From assembly GCA_937140905.1 (NCBI GenBank), contig CAKZQO010000321.1:1-49110 (forward strand): a stretch of DNA of 49,110 nucleotides, written 5' to 3'. The notes below the pieces were generated by a model that was given only the letters and a program-made list of their open reading frames with translations, ran no database searches and was not told where the DNA came from. The stretch comes from an uncultured Spirochaeta sp. (GTDB lineage Bacteria > Spirochaetota > Spirochaetia > DTKZ01). The translations under genes were made by a program, and so were the position numbers. How positions within the stretch are numbered: position 1 is the first letter of the stretch; each line of letters begins with the position of its first letter. Positions 17,716-25,438 of this stretch are shown here, one piece after another.

Positions 17716-18096
17716 ATGAAAAAACAAGTGATCCATACGGACAAGGCTCCCAAGGCTATCGGCCCTTATTCTCAGGCCGTTCGGTTCGGGCATCTTCTGT
17801 TCATCTCTGGGCAGTTGGGAATAGACCCGGCTTCCGGGAACTTAGTAAACGGCGGATTCGAAGCAGAGGCCCGTCAAGTATTAGCGAATATTCAAGCCAT
17901 CTTGGAAAGTCAGAAATCTGGAATGGATAAGATCCTAAAAACTACCGTTTTTCTTACGAACATGGAGGACTTCGCCGTTCTCAATGGGATCTACGGCACC
18001 TTCATTCCTGAACCGTACCCTGCCCGAAGCACGATCCAGGTAGCAGCCCTGCCCAAAGGGGCTCGGATCGAAATGGAAGTGATCGCCGAAGTGTAA
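17716..18096 (+). CDS. ridA: RidA/YjgF/UK114 imine deaminase
   Basis: APKAIGPYSQA, ISGQLG, KTTVFL, YPARSTIQVAALPKGARIEME motifs. Confidence 0.95.
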   Translation: MKKQVIHTDKAPKAIGPYSQAVRFGHLLFISGQLGIDPASGNLVNGGFEAEARQVLANIQAILESQKSGMDKILKTTVFLTNMEDFAVLNGIYGTFIPEPYPARSTIQVAALPKGARIEMEVIAEV

Positions 18097-18140
18097 ATAA
18101 TAGCCCCAGCAGGGTGAAAACAGCAATACTAAAAAGCGCC

Positions 18141-20186
18141 TCAATCTGAGGAAAGCCCTCCTACCCATTCTTCCTCCACACACACGAGGCACCGTTCCAA
18201 TTCTGAATCCTGCGTATCTGCCAATTCTCCTAAAGTAAGGGTGATATAGGTGTTCAGGTCCAAGGGTCCCTGCACAAAGGTACTGGCGTAGAAACCCAGC
18301 CGCTTCTCCCGCTTAACACCCATCCGGATCAACGTTTTCGCACCTTCCCGTACAAGGGTGACTTTTCCTAGAGCGTCCTCTTCCCCTAGAACCGACCATA
18401 CCCCTAACATGAGGGGACGTTTGGGATCGCTCACGTCACCGGAGAACTCTCCCCGTAAGAGTTCTTCTCGACTCTTCTTTAGATAGGGAACGAAATCAAG
18501 GTGCTCAGCTAGCTTCCGATCGGTAGCCATGAATCGTCCCGTTGCGGGATCCATCGTAAAGATCACTGTTCGGTCTGTGGCTTGTCCATAACTTTTGAAG
18601 AGGATCCCCCCATACTCTGCTAGAGGCGCATGGTTCTCTAGATACTCCTGATCATCTCTCACCCGAACCGCCATATCGAACAACCAGTCTCGGAACTCGG
18701 TATGCTCCGTCCTGAGAGAGTCCACATATTCCCGTAACCCTTCTGCTACCATGTATCCTTGTTGGAAAGAGAGGAAGGTTCGAAAAATCTCTCTGATGTT
18801 GTGGTACCGGGAAAAATGAAGGATCAAATCCCAGAGAAACACCTCCATTTTTCGAAGCCGCCAGATAAAAGAACCCAGAACACTTCGGCTCGGAACCGCA
18901 TTCCGATCCAGTTGCTCCGTAAGCTCCGTGAACTCCCGGTACCGGAGTTCGTATTCTTGCAGGAAGGACGAATCCCCTTTGGGCTTCTTGGGCAAACGGA
19001 TCCTCCATCGGGTACCTTTCCCCACCCGGCTTTCCACCCGAATGTTCTCCTTCCCGAAAACGGCAAAAATCTGCCGGGTCCCAATTCCTTGCCCCTGAGA
19101 AGGCAATTTTGGGGAAACCGTCCTATGACCTGCATGAAATCCGAAAGATTGTTTTGATTCCCCAAACGGCATCCTTGGCTCTGATGGAAAAGTTCGGGTC
19201 TTCGTAGTCCGACCCACAAACATAGGGAGTCCGTCTTCTCTCAAAGTCAACCGTTCCGGTTCGATCCCTACTCCATTGTCCATAAACGTAAGGAGGATAT
19301 GATCCTTCTCTTCCTTCAATTCAATGGTAATTCTTCCTCTCCTGCCTGCCTCCTTGATAGCATCCAATGCATTGGAAGCTAAGTTGATCAACGCCCGCCC
19401 AAAATCCACATAAGGCCCATAAGCTTCGGGAATCCGCCCCTTCACTATGAGATGCACGTCACAGGGTATGGGAGACAACTCGATGAAGGGAAGAATCCGC
19501 TCGAGGAGCAGGGTTTTAATGTTAACCTCATGATACCGCTCTACAGAATCCCGGTAGGCGTTCAGCATGTTGATGAGGGCGGTGGTTTCCCGATTGATGT
19601 CTTCGATGATTTTGTGACAATTATCTACCGATAAACGGTCTACCATGTCGGAGAGAAGTCGAATCGTTTTCCGCGCGTCATGCCGGGTTTTCCCCAACTC
19701 TTCCGCAAAGGAAGAGGTCGACTCTTCGACTCCTTCCGCATCCTTCAGGTCAGAAGCTCTACAGACCATATGGATGAACACCAGACCCCGATACACGATT
19801 CGATCCAATACTGTAAAGCCTTTTTTCGCAAAAAAGAGAACCGCCTCCTGCTGTTTTTCCCAAATGTAGAGGTATAGGAGAGCATCTGAGCGAACTTCGG
19901 AGGCTAGCCGGCGAATGAAAGCCGACCCTATGCCTTTCCCCCGCCCGAAGGGGCTTGTTACCTGCTTGTATAGGTGAAATCGGGTACGTTCTGGATTGGA
20001 GTACACCAATAAGTATCCAAGGATTTCCCCCTCCTCCTCCCAAACGTAGCTGTGCTCATAGTCCTTTTCCAGTGCTTCATCCTTTATATAGGGGGATGGG
20101 ATGATGAAGGTGTCGATGTTCAACGAATGATTACGCTGGATCCGTTCTTCCAGAGCTGGGGTTAGCTTCTGAATGAAATCTATCAT
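18141..20186 (-). CDS. Soluble fusion: GNAT acetyltransferase + histidine kinase (HisKA-like/HATPase) + unknown C-terminal domain
   Basis: GNAT motifs GRGKGIGS and FFAKKGF; H-box TRHDARK; N-box INLASNALDA; G1 DNGVGI; TTK; G2 GQGIGT. Confidence 0.8.
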   Translation of the reverse strand: MIDFIQKLTPALEERIQRNHSLNIDTFIIPSPYIKDEALEKDYEHSYVWEEEGEILGYLLVYSNPERTRFHLYKQVTSPFGRGKGIGSAFIRRLASEVRSDALLYLYIWEKQQEAVLFFAKKGFTVLDRIVYRGLVFIHMVCRASDLKDAEGVEESTSSFAEELGKTRHDARKTIRLLSDMVDRLSVDNCHKIIEDINRETTALINMLNAYRDSVERYHEVNIKTLLLERILPFIELSPIPCDVHLIVKGRIPEAYGPYVDFGRALINLASNALDAIKEAGRRGRITIELKEEKDHILLTFMDNGVGIEPERLTLREDGLPMFVGRTTKTRTFPSEPRMPFGESKQSFGFHAGHRTVSPKLPSQGQGIGTRQIFAVFGKENIRVESRVGKGTRWRIRLPKKPKGDSSFLQEYELRYREFTELTEQLDRNAVPSRSVLGSFIWRLRKMEVFLWDLILHFSRYHNIREIFRTFLSFQQGYMVAEGLREYVDSLRTEHTEFRDWLFDMAVRVRDDQEYLENHAPLAEYGGILFKSYGQATDRTVIFTMDPATGRFMATDRKLAEHLDFVPYLKKSREELLRGEFSGDVSDPKRPLMLGVWSVLGEEDALGKVTLVREGAKTLIRMGVKREKRLGFYASTFVQGPLDLNTYITLTLGELADTQDSELERCLVCVEEEWVGGLSSD

Positions 20187-20217
20187 GCCTATAGGGAATA
20201 TACCGAATATTACCTAA

Positions 20218-20646
20218 TTAAAAAAGAAGGTGAACCTTCAAGCCAGGAAACCTTAAAAAATCTCTGTCCCCGGTAACTATTGTAGCATCAAATTCCAGCG
20301 CAAGAGCTGCTAGATGAGCATCGCTTACCAGATTGCCGGCTGTTCCCGACAGAAGAAGCAAGTGCCGGAGTATGCTTCGGTGAGATTTCCCTGGATTCAG
20401 TAAAAAAGTGGTAGGTTGATTAAGTAAGGCATCTAGCCATGAGATAGCTTGTTCAACCGTTAAAGGAGTATTAAACAATCGTCTCGAGGTGGTAAGACGG
20501 ATAAACCCTAAGTACACGGCCCACGGCAATCCTACTTCCTTTTCTTCTTTATTTAGAATCTCCTCTAACCACGCACTTGCCTTTCTATGATGCACGGAAG
20601 ATCGATCCACTGCGTATAGGAGGATGTTCAAGTCGGGAATAATCAT
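20218..20646 (-). CDS. vapC: PIN-domain toxin, VapC family
   Basis: IPDLNILLYA, GNLVSDAHLAALA and TGDRDFLRFPGL motifs. Confidence 0.93.
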   Translation of the reverse strand: MIIPDLNILLYAVDRSSVHHRKASAWLEEILNKEEKEVGLPWAVYLGFIRLTTSRRLFNTPLTVEQAISWLDALLNQPTTFLLNPGKSHRSILRHLLLLSGTAGNLVSDAHLAALALEFDATIVTGDRDFLRFPGLKVHLLF

Positions 20647-20906
20647 TTTTGTAAATCCAATTTTTCAGATACTGCCTCTTCCTCTAAGTGGTCTATCATT
20701 TCCCAAGCTCTTTCATACCTGTAGGAGGTAGGCCCTAACTCATAGGATATGCATTTCCATCTTTTTCTATTCTTCCGGCTAGAGGTTTTTTTAAGAGCCT
20801 CCGATAGAAGAGAATTGATTAGTTCCTTCAGTGTTTTCTTTTCTTGAACAGACTTGAACCGTAATTCTTGCATTAAATCATCACTTATATCGATCGTTGT
20901 ACGCAT
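20643..20906 (-). CDS. vapB: RHH-type antitoxin, VapB family
   Basis: MRTTIDISDDL N-terminus; 4-nt overlap with vapC. Confidence 0.88.
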   Translation of the reverse strand: MRTTIDISDDLMQELRFKSVQEKKTLKELINSLLSEALKKTSSRKNRKRWKCISYELGPTSYRYERAWEMIDHLEEEAVSEKLDLQK

Positions 20907-20912
20907 AAAAGC

Positions 20913-20941
20913 ATAATAGATGGATATTCATTCGACGTCAA
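20913..20941 (-). promoter_or_regulatory. vapBC promoter TTGACG-17-TATTAT
   Basis: The -10 box ends 6 nt before ATG 20906; the near-palindrome ATGGATATTCAT lies in the spacer. Confidence 0.65.
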
Positions 20942-20971
20942 CATACAATTATCCAATCCAAACAACACCTC

Positions 20972-21000
20972 TTGATGTTTCCTAGTATTCATAGTATTTT
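20972..21000 (+). promoter_or_regulatory. Promoter of thiamine operon TTGATG-17-TATTTT
   Basis: Immediately upstream of the TPP aptamer. Confidence 0.5.
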
Positions 21001-21004
21001 AATA

Positions 21005-21118
21005 TCAAATAGCGGGAGCTCGGACAAACCGGGCTGAGAGGTTCCCTTGCAGTTTGCTGTGGGAATGACCGATGGACCTGATCCGGATAATGCCGGCGTA
21101 GGAAGCAAACTAGTTGAA
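21005..21118 (+). ncRNA. TPP riboswitch (THI element)
   Basis: Conserved GGGAGC...GCTGAGA...GACC...GACCTGATCCGGATAATGCCGGCGTAGGAAG upstream of thiamine genes. Confidence 0.95.
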
Positions 21119-21121
21119 TTG

Positions 21122-21149
21122 AAGCCGCCCTAGCCGGGCGGCTTTTTTT
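21122..21149 (+). terminator. Intrinsic terminator of the riboswitch expression platform
   Basis: AAGCCGCCC-TAGCC-GGGCGGCTT followed by a T-run. Confidence 0.9.
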
Positions 21150-21223
21150 GTGACATCCTTGCTCTCCTCCAGTCCGTCCTTCGCCCGCAATTACTCAATT
21201 AACCTACTATTGCGGAGGGATGT

Positions 21224-22303
21224 ATGGAAATAGGGAAAATCGGAAAGATCGATCTATCGGCCTTTGAGCAATTTTTACTACACCGATTAGGCAAACCGGA
21301 TGATCGGTTGATCGTCCCCCCCCTAACAGGTGTGGATGCAGCGGTGATCAAGGTGAACGCAGAACAGGTGCTGATCCTGGCAGAGGATCCTATTTTCCCC
21401 ATGCCCGGAAAAGGGTACGAAGATTTTGGGTACTACACGGTTCATATTGGAGCTTCCGATGTGGCGGTGATGGGAGTAAAGCCGGAGTTCATCTCGTACA
21501 CCCTACTGATGCCCCCTCAAACCACGGACGCAGAGTTCAGGCAAATCATAGATTCCATCCACACAACCGCACTCGATCTTGGGATGAGTATCGTAGGCGG
21601 GCATACCGGATACTACCCCGCGGTTACCGTTCCTACCATTGGCGGGATCACGGTGTTTTCCTTTGCCAGGGAAGGGGAGTACGTGACCCCGAAGGGAGCT
21701 AAAGTAGGGGATGCTGTGATCGTAACCAAAGGCCCGGCCGTAGAAACAGTGGGGATTCTGGCAACTATATATGAAGAAGAGCTTAACCGAACGTTTACCG
21801 AATCCTTCATCGAACAGGCAAAAGGGTACATGAAAAAGATGTCCGTCGTTACCGACGCCCTTACTGCCATGGAAGCGGGAGGAGTGCATGCCATGCATGA
21901 CGCTACCGAAGGAGGGGTGCTTGGAGGATTGTTCGAAGTGGCCAACGCTTCCAACGTGGGGATGTGGATCGATGAATCCAATTTCATCTGGACAGAGGAG
22001 ATCGAAGGAATCTGTCGATACTTCCAGATCGATCCTCTCCTCTCCATCGCCGAAGGAACCCTCATCATTTCCTGTGAGTCTAGTGCAGCTCCCCACATTC
22101 TCAACTCCCTAAAGGAAAAGGGCATTCCCGCTAGTATCGTGGGGGAAGTGGTACCTCCACACAAAGGGAAAAAGATCAAACGCCGAACAGGCATCGTTGA
22201 AGACCTTCGGATCCCTGAACAGGATCCCTTCTGGCCCTGTTTCTTTAGAGGGATCGGCGCAAAGGGAGAAAAAGCACAAGGAGAAAAGGAGGGCAAGTCA
22301 TGA
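21224..22303 (+). CDS. AIR-synthase (PurM/ThiL/HypE) superfamily protein, PurM-like1 type
   Basis: GVDAAV, EDPI, SDVAVMG, GGHT, GAKVGDAVIVTKG, MHDATEGG and EGTLII motifs. Confidence 0.85.
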   Translation: MEIGKIGKIDLSAFEQFLLHRLGKPDDRLIVPPLTGVDAAVIKVNAEQVLILAEDPIFPMPGKGYEDFGYYTVHIGASDVAVMGVKPEFISYTLLMPPQTTDAEFRQIIDSIHTTALDLGMSIVGGHTGYYPAVTVPTIGGITVFSFAREGEYVTPKGAKVGDAVIVTKGPAVETVGILATIYEEELNRTFTESFIEQAKGYMKKMSVVTDALTAMEAGGVHAMHDATEGGVLGGLFEVANASNVGMWIDESNFIWTEEIEGICRYFQIDPLLSIAEGTLIISCESSAAPHILNSLKEKGIPASIVGEVVPPHKGKKIKRRTGIVEDLRIPEQDPFWPCFFRGIGAKGEKAQGEKEGKS

Positions 22304-22941
22304 AAAAAGTGCCGGATCGTTTGTCCTATCCTCTGCTCTACCTGGTGACTGATCGGGACCTGTCCCTAGGTAGACCTCTTCTGGACGTGATCACTCAGGC
22401 AGTGGAAGGAGGGGTCAATGTCGTACAGATACGGGATAAGAATCTTGGCACCCGGGCATTTATCGAAGAAGCATTAACGATTCAAGCGTTTCTTAAGACC
22501 AAAGGGATCCCCCTACTCATCAATGACCGGGTGGATGTGGCTCTAGCGATCGAGGCGGATGGAGCGCATATCGGACAGGGTGATATGCCTTACCCCCTAG
22601 CCCGAAAACTTTTAGGCCCTCAAGCGATCATTGGCCTTTCCGTGGATACCTACGATGAGCTCCTCCAAGCAGAAGACTTCGATGTGGATTATCTAGGGAT
22701 CGGTCCGGTATTCCCCACCTCCACAAAAACAGACCACAAAGGATTTTTCTGGGGTATAGAGGGGTTGCGATGGGCAAGGGAGCATTCTCGACATCGCCTC
22801 ATTGCCATTGGGGGAATCAACGAAACGAACGCTTCCGATGTGGCAAAGACAGGGGTGGATGGAATCGCAGTCGTTTCCGCTATTGTATCAGCCTCCAATC
22901 CCAAAGAAGTTGCGATTCGGTTGCGCCGAGTCTTTTCCTGA
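22300..22941 (+). CDS. thiE: Thiamine-phosphate synthase
   Basis: LYLVTD, VQIRDK, INDRVD, GAHIGQGD, PTSTK and AIGGIN motifs. Confidence 0.96.
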   Translation: MKKVPDRLSYPLLYLVTDRDLSLGRPLLDVITQAVEGGVNVVQIRDKNLGTRAFIEEALTIQAFLKTKGIPLLINDRVDVALAIEADGAHIGQGDMPYPLARKLLGPQAIIGLSVDTYDELLQAEDFDVDYLGIGPVFPTSTKTDHKGFFWGIEGLRWAREHSRHRLIAIGGINETNASDVAKTGVDGIAVVSAIVSASNPKEVAIRLRRVFS

Positions 22942-22956
22942 TACGGAGGCGCAGGT

Positions 22957-23802
22957 ATGAAAGGAGATAGTAAACGTTACAAACGCCTATTGACTATTGC
23001 GGGCTCGGACAGTGGAGGAGGAGCGGGTATCCAGGCAGACCTGAAGACCTTCTCTGCCCTTGGATGCTTCGGCATGTCTGTGATCACCGCTCTTACGGCC
23101 CAGAACACCCATTCTGTCACGGGAATCCATCCCGTACCGCCTGAATTCATCCGCCTTCAGATCGACACGGTGATGGAAGATATAGGGGTGGATGCTGTAA
23201 AGGTGGGAATGCTCCATTCGGCAGAGGTGATTCGCACCGTAGCAAACTCCCTACAATCTTACCCCATTCCGTATATAGTAGTAGATCCAGTGATGGTGGC
23301 AAAAGGTGGGGCCAAACTGTTGCAGGATGAAGCGGTAGAGGCTCTCCGTACCTACCTTCTGCCCTTAGCAACGGTGATCACCCCTAACCTTCCGGAGGCC
23401 CGTGTCCTCCTCGGGCTCGACACGAATCCATCGAATCGGGAAAAAGATTCAGATCTTGCCGTCCTCGAGCATCTAGGCCGCCAGCTTGCTTCCTTAGGCC
23501 CAAAGGCTGTGTTGGTGAAGGGGGGGCATCTCCAGGGTTCTGAAAGTTCTGATGTACTGTACCTTGCCGTAGAGGATCGGTTCGTCCACTTCCCCTCTCG
23601 CCGGATCCCTACCCAGAACACCCATGGAACGGGTTGTACCCTCTCTTCGGCCATCGCTGCGTATCTGGCGCATGGTTTACCCTTGGAGCAAGCCGTTGGA
23701 TCGGCAAAGGAGTACCTAACCCAAGCTCTTATAAAAGGAGCTACTTATCGGTTGGGTAACGGCCACGGCCCCGTCCATCATTTCCATGCCTTTTGGAAGT
23801 AG
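22957..23802 (+). CDS. thiD: Hydroxymethylpyrimidine/phosphomethylpyrimidine kinase
   Basis: [37 protein letters not shown] and GHGPVHH motifs. Confidence 0.96.
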   Translation: MKGDSKRYKRLLTIAGSDSGGGAGIQADLKTFSALGCFGMSVITALTAQNTHSVTGIHPVPPEFIRLQIDTVMEDIGVDAVKVGMLHSAEVIRTVANSLQSYPIPYIVVDPVMVAKGGAKLLQDEAVEALRTYLLPLATVITPNLPEARVLLGLDTNPSNREKDSDLAVLEHLGRQLASLGPKAVLVKGGHLQGSESSDVLYLAVEDRFVHFPSRRIPTQNTHGTGCTLSSAIAAYLAHGLPLEQAVGSAKEYLTQALIKGATYRLGNGHGPVHHFHAFWK

Positions 23803-23810
23803 GAGGCGAC

Positions 23811-24485
23811 ATGAGTCACCCGCAATTCCTTCCAAGAAACGCCCCGGACTTCTGGAACCATATACAGGACCTATATACTGCCATTATCCATCACCCTTTT
23901 AACCAGGAACTTGCTGAAGGAACCCTCGCTCGGGATCGGTTCCTCTACTACATTCAGCAAGACGCCCTCTACCTTATCGAGTATGGGAAAGCCCTTTCCC
24001 TTTTAGCCGCTCGTTCGGATTCTCCTAAAAGAATGCGGGACTTTATACGGTTCGCTTCGGGCATTTTCACCGTAGAGGAGGCAATGCACCAGATCTACTT
24101 CACCGAGTATGGCGTGAAGGATCCCATCCAGATCAAATCTCCCGCGTGTTTTGCCTATACACACTTCCTACTAGCCACAGTTTCTTTGCGTTCTTACGAA
24201 GAGGGGGTAGCGTCCATCCTGCCCTGCTTCTGGGTGTACCGAGAGGTTGGCCTTTTTATATATCGCGCAGCCGTAAAACCCAATCCGTTCGAGTGCTGGA
24301 TCGAGACCTACGCGGGGAAAGATTTCGGAGAGGCAACCGAGCGGGCCATCGAAATCCTCGAGGAAGCAGTAGGATCCACATCCGAATTAACCCGGAGTCG
24401 CATGCTTGATGCCTTCGTTACCTCTACCCGGTTGGAATGGCTATTCTGGGATTCTGCCTATAGGATGGAAAAATGGAAACCGTAA
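23811..24485 (+). CDS. tenA: TenA thiaminase II / aminopyrimidine aminohydrolase
   Basis: HPF..ELAEGTL, YIQQDALYL, LPCFWVY (catalytic Cys) and EWLFW motifs. ATG 23811 has an AGGAGG SD. Confidence 0.93.
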   Translation: MSHPQFLPRNAPDFWNHIQDLYTAIIHHPFNQELAEGTLARDRFLYYIQQDALYLIEYGKALSLLAARSDSPKRMRDFIRFASGIFTVEEAMHQIYFTEYGVKDPIQIKSPACFAYTHFLLATVSLRSYEEGVASILPCFWVYREVGLFIYRAAVKPNPFECWIETYAGKDFGEATERAIEILEEAVGSTSELTRSRMLDAFVTSTRLEWLFWDSAYRMEKWKP

Positions 24486-25438
24486 AAAAAGCAGAGTCCA
24501 ATCGGCTCATCATTCTCGACTTCGCGGGGACATTGAGTATACAGACCGTTCTCTTTGGCCGAAAAGACCGATTGGCGCGAGCATTACGAACATCCGGGCT
24601 TGCCCAACTAGGCTTTAGAGATCCTACTATGTTCTGGGAAGAACTAGTATTCCCCACCTGGGAGGAAGGGGGGCTTACTTCCAAGGGATACGCAGAGGTC
24701 CTTGCTCAGAGAATTGGGGAGCTTCTTTCGCGAGATTCCCTTCCTTTTATGGGAAGGCTTGGAAAAAAGTTCGTGCACCGAAGTCGGTATCCCTTCCTCA
24801 TCGATATCACCTACAGATTCGTTCAGCTATACTTCCAGAACTCCCGAATCGATCCTGGTTGGAAAGCCTTGTTAAAGGGCCCCTACTTTAAAGAAAGGAT
24901 GAGGAGCGATGAGCCTTTGGATACCTTTTTAATCGCTACCGATCACTACGCAGAATGCACGGCTTTCCTCCGCTGTAACTTGCGGCGGTGGGGAATCAGG
25001 AGTACGCCGATACGGAGAGGGATTTATCCTGAGCAGGCCTGTCTATCGCAAAACACTAGTGATAGCCCTTCTCTATCCCCAAAACCCACCCCAATCGTTT
25101 TCATTGCCAACTCAGCCGACTTAGGATGCTGGAAGAAGGATCCTGCGTTTTGGGAACAGGTGAACAAGAAACTGCCCCTCAAAACTTTCCAGCGTATCCT
25201 TCTGATAGACGATTTTGGACACAACGAGCATCGAGGGGATCCCTACTCGGATCGCCAGCGAATAGAACAGCGGAGGGATTCCATCCTCCGCTGCCTTGCT
25301 TCTTTTAGTCCTGCGAAAGTAGAGGTATTCCCTTTCTTCCTTGAGTCTCCGGTGAGCGAAACGCCCCCTGCCGACATCTACCTGGAATACCGAAGGTTAT
25401 TGGACGAGGCCCTCCTGTTCTTTCGGAACCATTGGTGA
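24473..25438 (+). CDS. Divergent HAD-like hypothetical protein
   Basis: IILDFAGTL (motif I, second Asp replaced by Ala), IATD, GCWKKDP and LIDD; overlaps the tenA stop by 13 nt. Confidence 0.6.
   Translation: METVKKAESNRLIILDFAGTLSIQTVLFGRKDRLARALRTSGLAQLGFRDPTMFWEELVFPTWEEGGLTSKGYAEVLAQRIGELLSRDSLPFMGRLGKKFVHRSRYPFLIDITYRFVQLYFQNSRIDPGWKALLKGPYFKERMRSDEPLDTFLIATDHYAECTAFLRCNLRRWGIRSTPIRRGIYPEQACLSQNTSDSPSLSPKPTPIVFIANSADLGCWKKDPAFWEQVNKKLPLKTFQRILLIDDFGHNEHRGDPYSDRQRIEQRRDSILRCLASFSPAKVEVFPFFLESPVSETPPADIYLEYRRLLDEALLFFRNHW

Noticed and set aside
21503-22296. Long antisense ORFs (197 and 227 aa)
   Set aside because: Shadows of the AIR-synthase-family gene, with no motifs or SD.
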